DNA of 64,000 bases from Octopus vulgaris (GCA_951406725.2 OX597837.1:21328001-21392000), one strand, 5' to 3'. Numbered from the stretch's first letter, positions 1-13,155 are shown. The notes: a model not told the origin generated them from the letters alone. Numbers and translations: made by a program.

Positions 1-780
1 AACTAACATGCTTCACTTCAGTGTTTTGTGAAGTTATGTTCACTCTACTGGCATAGTTTGTTTGGGAATTTAACCATTTCTCATGAGTTTTGAGGTATGT
101 AGGTGTATTTTGGTGGCTAAATGTGGAATTCCTTCTAATCCACTACTCATCTACTTTGAAGTGAGACTTGTATCTAATTTCTGGCTTACAAAAAATGCTG
201 TTGGAAACTACTAATCCTCAATAAGTTCTGAGTAATTAAGAGGAAGTTTTGATGTTTTCTATGTTTGTTTAAATTTACGAGAAGCCCGTTGGTCATAATT
301 TAATCATTTTTAGTGTTTTGGAGACTAATGGATTATTTAACATTACTGCAGTCAATTACAAAAAGAAAAAAAAGAACAAAAAAAAATAATGTAGGCTAAA
401 TCTGCTTGGTATATATTTTATCTATAACAGCTGCTATATGCACTGGTTTTGTGCAGTTGCAGGTTGGTGTGAGGCTACAACAATCCAAGCAGGTATTTCT
501 GTCAAGGCAGCAAAAATTATTATTTTTTTTTTTCAAATCAGATTTATATCCATGTTAGCAGGTTTAATGTCAGACTGTAAAAGATCATGTTCTTTCTTGA
601 TAATAAAACTTAATTTATATAATAATTTTATATTTGAATCTCATTCATGTCATAACCTTTTGCTATAGTTGATTTCAGTATATAACACAAAGGTGTTCCA
701 AACACAACTGAAGACTTCTTTTTCTTTTCTGTTTTTTAATGATTTTGATTTCAAAACTGTAATTGGAACAAATTCTTTAA

Positions 781-998
781 CCCTTTAGTGTTTAAACCGG
801 CTGTATCCGGCCTGAATATTCTACTCATTTTATGCTCAAACTGGCCAGAACCAGCATCTCACACCTACCCTGCAATGTCATTCTAAGAATAAACAATTAC
901 ATTTTTCAAATCTTGAAGTTACAAGATAATACCAGATTAATATTTTAAAATGTAAATGAATAAGGATTACTTTTGACATTAATTTGAATGCTAAAGGG
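781..998 (+). mobile_element. piggyBac-type MITE family 1 (~220 bp), complete copy
   Basis: TTAA (777-780) + CCCTTTAG ... CTAAAGGG + TTAA (999-1002): terminal inverted repeats with TTAA target duplication; the body recurs many times in the window. Confidence 0.85.
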
Positions 999-1350
999 TT
1001 AATGATTTAATGGCCATTCTTTGGAATAAAGCTTTTTTTCCCCAATTAAGTAAGAATCAAGCTCACTTTATTATTTTTCTCATTTTAAATGGCTGTTGTA
1101 TTCCTGATTGAATATTACACAGTAAAAACAGTAAGCTTTTGATAAGAGATTCAGATGTGACTTTGTCTCCATTTTATTTCTCTTTAGTAAGGGTAAATAC
1201 CTTTGGGATTTGTATGAGCAACATATATCCCATTCACATCCTTGATGCATAACTGCAGAAAACCATTGCAACATAGACGGGGGTGGTGGTGGTGCATTGC
1301 AACATAGCACCCCCTCCCCCGCTCCCAAGAGACTGTAGCTGTATCATTAA

Positions 1351-1550
1351 CCCTCTTTCTTAATTCCAACCCTCCCGGGACCACTCTTGGTTATACAAAT
1401 CAAACTTCCTGGTTTAAACGTCTATCATAATTTCATGTTAATTTATGTCTCAGCTTAAGAATGCCAGTTATTTTGCTGAATTCTTTGTTATTTTCAAAAT
1501 TAATTGAAACAAAGGCAAAGTAATTTAATAGAAATATGGTAATGAAAGGG
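1351..1550. mobile_element. piggyBac-type MITE family 2, decayed copy
   Basis: TTAA-CCCT ... GTAATGAAAGGG-TTAA; body similar (reverse complement) to 26177-26383. Confidence 0.7.
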
Positions 1551-1704
1551 TTAAATGCTATGTTCAGAAACTAGTGTGGTTTGATTACTAGCAGTATGTT
1601 TAGAAATTCATTCTTAACCCTTTTAATATCAACCTGCCTGAGACTGTCTGTACTAAATTATATTTAAATATTCAAATTATAAATCTTCATCAAAATCTTT
1701 TTCA

Positions 1705-1922
1705 CCCTTTAGCATTTAAACTGGCCATATATGGCCCAAATATTTTACCTGTTTTATGTTCAAACCAGCCATAAGGTCTCTCACACCTACCCTACACAGT
1801 CCTTCTAAAAATAAACAATCACATCATCAAAATCTCAAAGCTACAAGGTAATGCATAATTAATTCAAAACAATGTGAATAAATAAGCAATACATTTCTCA
1901 AAGAAATTTGAATGTTAAAGGG
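1705..1922 (+). mobile_element. MITE family 1 copy nested in a decayed MITE family 2 copy (~1618-2089)
   Basis: CCCTTTAGCATTTAAACTGGCC ... TTAAAGGG-TTAA; flanks resemble family 2 ends. Confidence 0.75.
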
Positions 1923-2284
1923 TTAAAATATGAATCAGATTATGAGATTTCTGTTGGTCAATACCTGCATAATGTAACTTTTATATAAAGTTACAGAAAG
2001 CTTAGTAAGTTCCTTCAAAATCTGATTATATTAAAAATTAACTGAAATATATATACAGGTAATTTATTCCAAATTTAGTCATAAAAGGGCCAAGTTAGAG
2101 TGTACAATTACTTGTATCTCCTCCTACCAAAGCTTTGTGGGTATATTTTGGTTGGAGGAAACTGTATGTACATGTATTTGTCTCTCCTACCACTTGACGA
2201 CCAGTGCTGGTTTATGTCCCTATAACTTGGCAATCTGGCAAAAGATGGTAGTCACCACATGGTCATTTTCTTTCTCAATGAATA

Positions 2285-2462
2285 TATGACTGAGGATAGT
2301 TACATCAAGAGGTGCCGATCTCTAATAGTAGAGAGAACATGTGGAAGGGATAAACCCAAGAAGACAAACAAAGTGGTGAGAAGTGATCTACAAATGTTGG
2401 GATTCACAGAGGGGATGACAGGGGACCAAAACTCCTGGCAGTTTGCTGTGTTTGAGAAGACA
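2285..2462 (+). mobile_element. RTE-clade LINE ORF2 C-terminal relic
   Basis: Translates MTEDSYIKRCRSLIVERTCGRDKPKKTNKVVRSDLQMLGFTEGMTGDQNSWQFAVFEKT, matching the RTE C-terminal pattern (VEG..GRGRP.KTW.EVV..DL...G......DR..W). Confidence 0.7.
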
Positions 2463-3579
2463 CTCTATCTCAGCCTCTGGTTTGTGTTCATACCACTTTT
2501 CTGTTGTTTTGAAACCACATACTTGACTAACATCCCAATGCACTCTTTTGCCTACACAGTCATGTCTGCACTTGTATTCCCTTTGTGTGCTAGTATTCAG
2601 CACTCACTCAAAATGTGATTGATATTCTTGTCTCCTTTCCTGCAGATTCTGCGTTTGCTGTCTGACTGAGTTTTGTCGATCTTTGCTACACAAAGTGTGT
2701 ATGTGTTTGTGTTTGTCCCTCACCACCACTTCATAGTTGGTATTGGTTTGTTTATGTCCCTGTAACTTAGTGGTTCAGCATAAGAGACCAATAGAATAAG
2801 TACTTGGCTTTTAAAAAATTAAGTACTCGGGTTGATTCGTATGACTTAAACACTTCAAGGTAGTAACCCCAGCATGGCTGCAGCACAGTTACTGAAACAA
2901 ATAAAACATAATATATATGTTCTGTTATTTTGGTTGAGCAATGAGTGGTTTTCAAAATATTTCTTTCCTGTTTGTTTAGATCATTCTGCCAAATGTAATG
3001 CTTATTTATTCACACTGCTTGGAATTTATCATATAGCTTCAAAATTAATCATATAAGAATTAATCATATAGCTTTTGAATTTCAATGATATGATTGTGTA
3101 GTTTTAGAATGACATTGTTGGGTCAGTGTGATAGGCCAGATCTAGCTGTTTGGGCATAAAACTGGTAGAATATTTAGGCTGGATATAGCCAGTTTAAATG
3201 CTATAATTTAGTTGGCATTACAAAATTAATCCTGTTGGCAAACTTCAGTACATGATATATCACACCTTTGCATGGTGACAGCTTCTACACCTGTAACCAC
3301 TATATGTCATCTAATCAGTTCAGATAAGAAGCATTGAATGACATTTTGGCATTGAGTTCCCCTGTTAGTCCTCAATGAGTAGATTTATGATCATAAGCAT
3401 TCCTATTGCGACCATGTCTTGTTGTATTCATCCAATGTGTTCTTCACCTCATAAGATATCAAGGTGTAATTTGAAAGACATTTGGTTGCTATATCTAGCA
3501 AATCAAATGATGATGTAGAGGCTTCCTCTTTGGCTTGTTATAAAAGTTATTGAATGTAATAGCTGTCTTTGTTTAGAAC

Positions 3580-3775
3580 AATTGTTCTCAACCATTTTTT
3601 TTAATCTATGGACCCCCTTTGGTTACTATTTTATATTCTGGTGGACCCCCTCAGCTATTCGACGTTTAAAAGCTAGTTTTATAGATACTTCTTTCAAGAT
3701 TCTTATTTTGCTTTTTACACATTCACTTGAATTCTTAGCATGCTGTGCAAAATGCTATACAGCATTTTGTTGATA
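3580..3775 (+). mobile_element. hAT-type MITE fragment
   Basis: Begins GTTCTCAACCATTTTT...TGGACCCC; homologous to 11242-11487, 14402-15023 and (reverse) 61735-62083. Confidence 0.6.
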
Positions 3776-4542
3776 TTTATGTTCTGAGATCAAATTCCGC
3801 TAAGGTCAACTTGTTGTCATTTCATCCTTTCAGGGTTCATAAAATAGGTATCATCAGCTGAGCACTGGGGTTTAATGTAACTGACTAGCTTCTTCCCTCA
3901 AATTTACTGGCCTTGTGCCAAAATTTGAAATCATTATTATCATGATCTCGTTCCTCCTCCGCTTCCCCCTCCCCTCCCCCTCCTCATCATCATCACCACC
4001 ATCATCATCATCACCATCATCAACATAAATTTTACGTGTGCTTCTGTTGTTTACTCTGAAATCAGCCTTGATTGAGCAGACTTATGATCAAAAGAATTCC
4101 AGATGCGACTGTCTTATCTTTTATTCAGACAAAGTGTGACTAGGATTACATTTTCCAGTGTAGTGGTTCTCAAAATCTTTTTTAACTTTTGTGGTGCACT
4201 GGAGATCAAACAAGTATGGAAAGTATAAAAAATTTAAAGGCTGAAAACTGGCATGGCTATGTGGTTAAGAAACTTGCTCTGCATTCTTGTTGTTTTAGGT
4301 TCAATCCCACCGCATTGCAGTGGGACTGAACAAGTATCTTCTACTTTAGCCCAGGGCTGATCAGTGCCTTGTGAGTGAATTTGCTAGATAAAAACTGGAA
4401 TCCTGTCATGTATGCAATGCAATTCGGATGTTTCACATTGCATTTTTTTACATTGGCCCTTTTGGAGTCATTTCCATACCTAATCATTATATTTTGTAGT
4501 AGGGGTTCTGAATGAAAGGGGAAGATGTGAGATGACCACCAA

Positions 4543-5268
4543 AAATGGCTGTGAAAAGTTTTCAATCACCTCACATAAACCAATTAAGATACAATGTTTT
4601 AAACAGAAAAATGTCTATAATAAAGATTCATTACATAATGTTCACTTCTGTTCAACTTTATGTTATGTTTATTACATAAAGTTACAGTACATTGTTAATA
4701 TTTTGTGAGGCTTCCCTTAGCTTGAATAATTGCTTCAATGCACCTGGGAAGAGATGCATACAAATCTTCACAGATATGAGATGCCATTCCCTGTTGCTGA
4801 GCACCCACAACTCTTCAAGATTGCATGGATTCTTCTGATGAACTCTTCCCTTTAGCGTTCAGATTAATTTGGCAAAAATAATCCTTATAAAAATAATCAT
4901 ATTTCTAAAAATTAATCTGGTATTATCTTGTAGCTTCAAGATTTGAAAGATGTAATTGTTTATTTTTAGAATTACATTGCAGGGTAGGTATGAGATACTG
5001 GTTCCAGCCAGTTTGAGCATAAAATGAGTAGAATATTCGGGCCGGATATAGCCGGTTTAAACACTAAAGGGTTAAGCCAGGGCTCTAAGCTGGTCAGTCT
5101 TTCAATACGGTAACACCTTCATCAGCCACACTCTGTTGTGTTGCATGTGATCTGTGGCATGGTACTCTGTCATGCTGAAAAATCTCACCTTCATCCAAGT
5201 CTGGTATCAAATTGTTGTTCAGCAACTGGATGCTTTTGGCACTATTCAACTTACTGTCTGCTGGAAGG
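4543..5268 (-). pseudogene. Tc1/mariner transposase 3' relic, interrupted by a MITE
   Basis: Minus strand gives LNNNLIPDLDEGEIFQHDRVPCHRSHATQQ...VTVLKD*PA*SPG (FQQDNAPCH...WPAQSPDLN motif). After the MITE it gives RVHQKNPCNLEELW... ICEDLYASLPRCIEAIIQAKGSLTKY* ending at 4695. A TIR-like GGCTGTGAAAAGTTTTCAATCACC lies near 4547. Confidence 0.85.
4848..5071 (-). mobile_element. MITE family 1 copy inserted in the Tc1 relic
   Basis: CCCTTTAG ... CTAAAGGG-TTAA; close reverse-complement match to 781-998. Confidence 0.85.
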
Positions 5269-5365
5269 TTTTGATTTAGATCACTTTAAAACAAGAAGTT
5301 AGTATCATAGAATTGTGCGATGGCCTCAGGTAGGTTTATATCAAATGGGTTAAGATATAATTTAA

Positions 5366-5584
5366 CCCTTTAGTGTTCAGATTATTCTATCAAACATAAT
5401 GCCTATTGATTCCCATTGATTTGAATTAATCATGCATTATCTCATATCTTCAAGAGCTTGACGGTGTAATTACCTAATGTAGAATAACATTGTAGGGTAG
5501 GTGTGAGAGTCTGGATCTGGTCAGTTTGAACATAAAACAGATTAACTATTTTGGCCGGATATGGCCGGTTTAAATACTAAAGGG
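5366..5584 (-). mobile_element. MITE family 1, complete copy
   Basis: TTAA-CCCTTTAGT ... ACTAAAGGG-TTAA. Confidence 0.85.
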
Positions 5585-6319
5585 TTAAGGCTATTTAAGC
5601 CTTAAGTTATATATATTTTTTTTAATCCATGGTGTACCTTAACATCCTTTCTGGCACTTTTAAATGATTAAATTTTGATTTGAGTTCTGATTTGTGAGCC
5701 CTCAGTGGCTCACAAATTGTTCACCTGTTTCATGAGGGGAACAGGATTTGCTACATCTGCTGCACAAGAAGGCAAAATGTTCAATATAGTGTTTTTATGT
5801 TTTCTTCTCTTGCGAAATCTGAACATCTCTGATTATTTAAAATTTTCTTTGGTATATTTTTCTAGAAAAAAAGTTTGCTTTGATTCTCTCTTCTTGTCTT
5901 GACATTTGCATGCTGATTGTTAACAAAGTTACTGTTCGTACAAAAACAGTGTCATTTGTTTGCAGTCCTCTGTGAAAACATGTCCTGCCATTGTGCTTGT
6001 TTTCAAAGGACTAGGGAAAATATTATCTTATTTGGAAACAAATAAGGATTGGTGATAAGAAAGGCATCTTTCCACCGAAAATCCACCTCAACAAGTTTCA
6101 TCTAACCCATGCCAGCATGGAAAAGTGGATGCTTACATGATGATAGTGGTGTATCTCAACATCGGCTGATGTTCAACAGGATATCAACTCTATTGAACTC
6201 ACAAATTCGATGGGGGTTGCAAGCTCTACAGGCACTGCCCTTTTTCTACATATTATCCACTGGCTATTATTTGGTTTTGTTTGACATATCTTAATATTCT
6301 TCAAATTCCAGCACAACCA

Positions 6320-6700
6320 GCATCATCATCATCATCATCGTTTAACGTCTGTTTTCCATGCTGGCATGGGTTGGATGGTTCGACTGGGGTCTGGGAAGCC
6401 AGGAGGCTGCACCAGGCTCCCATCTGATCTGGCAGTGTTTCTACAGCTGGATGCCCTTCCTAACGCCAACCACTCCATGAGTGTAGTGGGTGCTTTTTAC
6501 ATGCCACCGACACAGGGGCCAGAGGAGGCTGGCAAACGGCTACGATCAGTTGGTGCTTTTTATGTGTCACCGGCACAGACGCCAGTCAAGGCGGCGCTGG
6601 CATCGGCCACGTTCGGATGGTGCTTTTTACGTACCACCGGCATGGGTATCACAACTACAATTTCCACTTGATTTTTATTTTGATGTTGATGTACTTGACT
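6320..6700 (-). mobile_element. SINE-like family C with (GAT)n tail
   Basis: (CAT)n-CGTTTAACGTCTGTTTTCCATGCTGGCATGGGTTGG ... CTGGATGCCCTTCCTAACGCCAACCAC with internal GTGCTTTTTAC repeats; other copies at ~16763, 24108, 36283, 39728, 52044, 53760, 63210. Confidence 0.8.
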
Positions 6701-7299
6701 CAAGCCAAACCAGTTTAAAATTGCATGTTCTGCAACTTGCGAAGTCACTGGCATTCTGTTGAAGACTTCGTAGTGTATCCAGGGCAAGTTAAACTGCCAG
6801 AACTTGGCTATCTCTAAATTATAGACATACAGGATTTTGCCTGAGCAATGCCAGCCTACTGTGTTTTTGCTACTAGATAACTGAGTTGCACCTATTCATG
6901 GTACCTATTTATTGCTAGATGGACTTGCAAGACAAGTGTCTTTTACTATAGCCTCAGGCCAATGAAAGCTTTATGAGTGAATATTGGAGAAAGAAACTCT
7001 AAGTGTGTGTACTTGTCTCTGTTGGTGTTGGTTTGTTAACATTCCTGTGACTTAGCAGTTCAGCAACAGTGACTGAGATCTCTTCAACTAAATCCTTCAA
7101 GGAAGTGCCCCAGCACATACATGCATACATGTATATATTACTTGTTTGAATCGATGGACTTTAGTGTCGAACAAAACGAACCCAGGACTTATTTTTTGTA
7201 AGCCTAGTACTTATTCTATCGGCTTCTTTTGTCGAACTGCTAAGTTATGGGGATATAAACACACCAACTTCAGTTGTCGAATGGTGGTGGAGTTGGGGA

Positions 7300-7830
7300 C
7301 AAACACAGATGCACAAACATATACACACACATACACATATTTGTATATGTATAAAATACATGTGTCTGTATGTCTATGTATATGTATATAAAGTGTGTGT
7401 ATACATATATATATCTATGTATATATTTATGTATGTATATATATATATATGTATGTGTGTATGTATATATATATATATCACATACATACTAGTATTACTC
7501 AATTGTTGGTATGGCTGTGTAATAGTATTATAACACATCCTTTTGATATATATATATATATATATATATACATACATACACATGTACATATATGTGTATA
7601 TATATATATATACACACACACACATGTATATATATATACATATATGAAGAAACACACACACATATGTATATATAAAGAGAGATTAGAGTCTGTCTCTTAT
7701 ATGTGAAAAAAAGAGGCTCCAGAGTTGTTTTGGATTTGCTTGGTTTCGCGCACACACATACATACAGCTCTCCCTGTTCTGTGTATATATATACACACAC
7801 ACACACATAAATACATATGTATGTATATAT
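7300..7830. repeat. (AT)/(GT)/(AC) compound microsatellite
   Basis: Directly visible dinucleotide runs. Confidence 0.95.
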
Positions 7831-7831
7831 C

Positions 7832-8168
7832 GGCACAGATGTAGCTGTGTGGTAATAAGCTTGTTTCCCAACCACATTGTTCCATGTTCAGGCCAACCAA
7901 AGCCTTGTGAGCCGACTTCGTAGACGGAAGCATCTACCTGTGTGTGTGTGTGTGTCTTTCTGTCAGTGTTTGTTCCCTGTCACCACTTGACAATCAATGC
8001 TGGTCTGTTTGCTACCTGTGACTTAGCGATTTTGCAAATGAGACCAATAGAATAAGTACCGAACTTTAGAAATAAAAAGTGCTGGGATCAATACATTCAA
8101 CTAAAAAAATTCTTCAAAGTAGCATCCCAGCATGATTGCAGTGTAATGACTGAAACAAGTGCAAGATA
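7832..8168 (+). mobile_element. tRNA-derived SINE family A, internally deleted copy
   Basis: GCTGTGTGGTAATAAGCTTGTTTCCCAACCAC head and CCAGCATG..GCAGT.TAATGACTGAAACAAGT tail shared with 14583-14979. Confidence 0.8.
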
Positions 8169-8375
8169 TATATATATATATATTATATATACGCATTCAC
8201 ACACATGTATGCTGACTTTAAACAGGAACATGACATTCTTCTATGCTAAGTTTCAGAAAACCTACCCAAACCATGCCAGTAGGGAATAGCAGATGTAAAC
8301 TGATGGTTATGGTGAGATGATGTGTATGAATATGTTTTTTTATTGCCTAGTCAGTGGAAGAAGGGTAGTACCCAT

Positions 8376-8377
<2 letters not shown>

Positions 8378-8446
<69 letters not shown>
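8378..8446. repeat. perfect (AT)n microsatellite
   Basis: Uninterrupted AT run. Confidence 0.98.
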
Positions 8447-8449
<3 letters not shown>

Positions 8450-9099
8450 AGGCACCCCTGGACAGACAGATGTGTGTATACATGCATGAATAAAAGTGTG
8501 TCTGTGAAAGTGTATATGCATGGATGTGTGTGTGTGTGTGTGTGTACATATGTATATAAATGTATTTGCATATCTATTTATATAATGTATTCCTATGTTG
8601 ATGTAAAATGCATGTATGTATATATATACACGCATTACAACGGAAGAATGTGTTGTTACTCCAGAACGATTGAATTAGCCAAGCTAATGCATATCACTGA
8701 CTGTAAGGCACAGAAGAATCAGCAAGATGTAGAAAAATTCTTACCAAAGTTCCAAGAGTATCTGTCCTTCTGTTGGAATTAATGTAAATGATACAGAAAA
8801 AAAAAAAAAAAAATTAGATGTAAGGAGAGAAAAAAAAAAGCATATAACTTTATAAAAATACAAGGAAAAACTAGTAAAACAACAACAATGAGAACAGCCC
8901 TACCTGTAAAGTTATGTATAGTTGTTGTTATGGTCAAACCAAACCAGTTTCTAGCAAGTTGTTATCAATATTGGTTGCTAACTGTCCATTCTTAGAATTT
9001 CGGGCCATTAGAAACTGCTTTCATCTGCAGTTTTCTTCTTTTATTTTGTTCTTTCTTAATTTCTTTTATTATTATTTGTAAACTATTTATATCATTTAC

Positions 9100-9395
9100 A
9101 TTCTCTTTCCTCTTGTTTTTTATCTCTCCCTCCCTCTCTTTCTCTCCCTCTCTCTCTCTCTCTTTGATGCATTTTCTCTCTTATCTTTTACTCTTGCCTA
9201 TCGCACACTTGCCCTTTTTCACTCTCTATCTTTCTCTTACTCTCTCTCTCCCTGACACATTTTTTACTACCTCTTTCTAAACTGCCTCCCTTTTCTCTTG
9301 CTATATATTGTTCCCCTGCTCTCTCTCTCTCACATTTTTTACTAGCTCTTCTTAAAACCCCTCTCCTCTCTCTCTTTCTAGAGTATTGTTTCCTC

Positions 9396-9434
<39 letters not shown>

Positions 9435-9912
9435 CCTCTCTGTATTTTTTCTGTATTTTCTTATCCTTTTCTTTTTATTTCCAGACCCCTCTCTCTTATT
9501 TTCTCTCTTACTCTCCCTGTCTGGCTTAACCCCTCTTCCTTCATAATTCTTCTCTTACTCTCTTTCAGCTCTTTCTCTCTTCTCTTCCATAATCTTTCAC
9601 TTCACTCAACCTCTCCTTCATATTCTTTATATCTGTTTGCACTCTCTCTCTCTCTCTCTCTCTCATACTCATTCTCATATTTTATCTCTCTTTTTAGACC
9701 AATTTGTTTTACATTACTTTTTTTCACCAGTCTTCCCCCACCTCCTTGTCTCTCCCTCTCTCTCTCTCTCACACACTGACAGCCTTGCTCTTCTATCATT
9801 TCCATTTTCTTCTCAAATCTCCTACATTTTCTGTTTGTTCACCCACTTTCCCCTCACACTCCCCCTCTGTCATTCTCTCACACGCTCTCCTTTTTCTTTT
9901 CTTTTTTTCTTT
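9100..9912 (+). repeat. long CT-rich polypyrimidine low-complexity tract
   Basis: About 800 bp dominated by (CT)n and T runs. Confidence 0.9.
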
Positions 9913-10310
9913 TATATTTATTAATTATGTTGATGATTATTATGTATGTTGTGCAGCTGTCGGTTTAAGATAGCTTGGCTCTCTTACTTCAGTCCTGGCC
10001 TTTCTGTCTCGCCCTCTTCCCTTCGTTATTCCTCTCCTCTTCTGCTCCTTTCCCTCCACAAGAAGCAAACACGCACACACATGCACGCATGCACGCACAC
10101 TTCAACTTGGCTGTTACTTCAGATCTAGCCTTTCTGTCTCATCTCATCTCGTTTCATTTCTCTTTACCTTATCCACCACCCCCACCCCCCACTTCAAATT
10201 TCCTCCTCTTCTCATCCTTCCCTCCATAACACACACACACACACACACACAAACTACAACACATTAAAAAAAAAATTCAAAAACAAAAACAAAAAAAAAA
10301 ACAAGTAAAC

Positions 10311-10364
<54 letters not shown>

Positions 10365-11241
10365 GAGGATTGTGATAGTGTGTTGTATGTCTGCAGTTTA
10401 CAAATCATTCCTGTAACACACATAGCTCCTGGCTTTTTACTTGCTGCTTTCAGATACTAAGCTAATTTGTAGTCACCAGTCTTTCTTTCTCTGTACATGT
10501 GTATGTGGGTCTATATATGTATGTATATGTATGTGTGCTTGTGTATGTGGGGTTTATATCTATGTATGTGTATGTGTGTTTGTTGTGGAGTTTTGTCATC
10601 TCTATTCTGTCTCTCTCTGTCTGTCTCTCTCTCTCTTTGTTTCTCATTCTCTTTGTCTCTCTCTTTCACTTGTTTGTATTCATCATATCTTGTTAGTTGC
10701 ACTACTATTAATGATAATGGTAGTGGTGGCGATGATGATGATGATGATAGCTGCAATACTGGTGACTAATGTTGATGGTTGTGGTGGTTGTTGAGCTGGA
10801 CAGTATTATTTGTTACTGTTGATTAGCCCTCAGGTTCAAACCTAATTAAACAAATCTGTAGTCAGTCGCGTTTCAGCCATGACCCTCCTGCCTTTTTAGA
10901 GTTATATCTAAGTTTGCCTTCATTATCTTCTGTGTCCAGTCGTTATACTACATAGTTGTTGTTTGAGGAAGATTTGCCTGTTATTTTTAGCAAATTGAAT
11001 GGCGTGTAATGGCTTTCTCATTGTGTTATTTAACCCCAGGTCAGCTCTGGTGGGACAGACTTATGATCAAAAGCATTGCCATAGCCATCATGTCTTTTTT
11101 TCTCTTTTACTAGTTATCCTAATTGCCCCCAGGACGACATTAACCAATATCTAGAGTGTCTGTTCTTTCCTTTTTAAGAGAGTATAGTGATTTCAGAGAA
11201 GTTTGGCTGCTATTTCTAGAAGATTGATTGACCATATAGAG

Positions 11242-11487
11242 CAGTTCTCAGCCATTTTTTTTTTTATTTTACCTATGGCTCCCTTTGACTTCTATTTGAC
11301 TCTGGTGGCCCCTCTCATAGCCATTTGATGTTTAAAAATATCTTATATTTTTATAATTAACTATTATTAGGAATTGTATAAAAAAAATTAAGGTGTTTTC
11401 TCTGTCGTACATAAATTTTAACTACAAAATTTTATATGGCTCCCAACCCCCACCAAGGGTCATATGGACCCTGGCTGAGAATCACTG
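11242..11487 (+). mobile_element. hAT (Charlie-like) MITE with 8-bp TSD
   Basis: CAGTTCTCAGCC ... GGCTGAGAATCACTG termini; flanks ATATAGAG (11234-11241) and ATGTAGAG (11488-11495). Confidence 0.8.
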
Positions 11488-11519
11488 ATGTAGAGGTTCT
11501 TTGTTGGTTCATCCTTCAT

Positions 11520-11900
11520 TGTATTGTTATTGGTAGTGGTGCTGGTGGAGATGATGATGATGATGGTTGTGATAGCTGCAGTGATGGTAATTGTGTATAA
11601 TGTGAATAATGTGATAGAAGTGGTACTCATTGTGCTGGTGATGGTGGTGGCAGTGGCGAAACAGGCTGTAGTTAAGGTGGTGGTAATGATGATGCTGATG
11701 GTTGAGAGCAAGACAAAAGGCTGCAATGGGGGTAGTTGTGATGAATGTGGTGGTGGTGGTGGTGGTGGTTTTGTGTTGATGATAATGATGAAGGGGGATA
11801 ACTGCAATAGTGCTTGTGGATAATACTGATGGTACCACAATGGTAGTCATTTTGTCTTTGCTGTTGGTGGTAATGGTGGATGGTGGTGCCTCCAGCAGTG
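11520..11900. repeat. degenerate (GGT)/(GAT) trinucleotide tract
   Basis: Visible trinucleotide low complexity; source of the poly-T/H/P/V pseudo-ORFs. Confidence 0.9.
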
Positions 11901-11984
11901 GCCATAAATCCAGCTATATATGCCCTTATAATAATTTATATTAGTGGCACAAGATTTGTTTATGTCTTATGTTTTATCTTTTAC

Positions 11985-12343
11985 TCTGGCCATGCTGGGG
12001 TACCACCTTGAATTTTTTAGTCAAATGAATTGACACCTCAATACTTTTTTTTTTTTTGTTTTAAATCTGGTACTTATGTCAATTGCTTTTGCCAGACTGC
12101 TAAGTAACAGGGATGTAAACATACCAACAGCAGTTGTTAAGTGGAGATGGAGGACAAATACACACACACACACACACACATGACAAACTTCTTCCAGTTT
12201 CTGTGTACGAAATCCACCGACAAGGCTTTGGTCAGCCCAAGGCTGTAGCAGAAGACACTTGCCTAAGATGCTACACATTGGAACTGAACCCAGAACCATG
12301 TGGTTGGGAAGCAAGCTTCTTACCACTCAGTCATGCCTGTGCC
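11985..12343 (-). mobile_element. SINE family A
   Basis: Reverse complement of the 14583-14979 body and head. Confidence 0.85.
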
Positions 12344-12751
12344 TATCCAGATATATATTTATAATTATGTCCCCCCTCCTCTTATCTTTCTCGGTATTTA
12401 TGTAATCTAATATACTGAAAAATTATTTGATTCTCTTTTTCTTCTCTAATTTTATTTGGGGTTCTTCAGCTATTATTTCTGATTTAGTTGTATGTCTGCT
12501 AATCAAATTCATCTCCCCTCTCATTTTGTACCATTAAAATTAATTTTTTACCTTTTCATTTCCATTTATGTTTATCTAAAAGTGTTTCTAATTTAGAGAG
12601 AATGGAGTTAGTTGATTACATCAACCCCTTGTACTTAACTGGTATTAAAAAAAATATTTTTCTTCTACTACTTTTTAAACCTGTACCCCCCCCCCCCCAC
12701 AATGTCATGATTAAATAATTTGAAATTAGAAAATTATTTTATGCTATAAAG

Positions 12752-13155
12752 AGGTACAGGTGTGGATGTGTGGTAAGTAGTTTGCTTCCCAGCCACATAG
12801 CTCTGGGTTCAGTCCCATTGTGTGGCACTTTGGATGAGCATCTTCTACTGTAGCCCTGGACCAACCTTGTGAGTGGATTTGGTTGATGGAAACTGAAAGA
12901 AGCTTGTTTTTGTGTGTGCGTGTGTCTGCTTGTCTTGACTTTGTGTGATTGTTGTAAATGAGTGTGACTTGTCATACAAGCAGTGTTATTCTGTGAGAAC
13001 ATGTCTGGCAATGGAGAAATATTACCTTGCTTGAAAACAAATGAGGGTTGGTGACTGCGAGGGCATCCAACCACAAAAATCAACCTCAAACTTTGACCAA
13101 CCCATGCAAGCATGGGAAAGTGAACATTAAATGATAAAGTTGATGATGATGATGA
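12752..13155 (+). mobile_element. chimeric SINE: family A head, distinct body, family C-like (GAT)n tail
   Basis: Family A head followed by GTCATACAAGCAGTG...GGAGAAATATTACCTTGCTTG...AACCCATGCAAGCATGG...GATGATGAT; the same arrangement occurs at ~39030-39395 and partially at ~5900-6145. Confidence 0.7.

Noticed and set aside
431-492. Candidate 62-nt exon (ACAG|CTG...CAG|GTATTT)
   Set aside because: Splice signals are only moderate and no peptide is recognisable; cannot be supported without RNA data
11460-11905. His/Thr/Pro-rich ORFs
   Set aside because: Translations of a GGT/GAT trinucleotide tract
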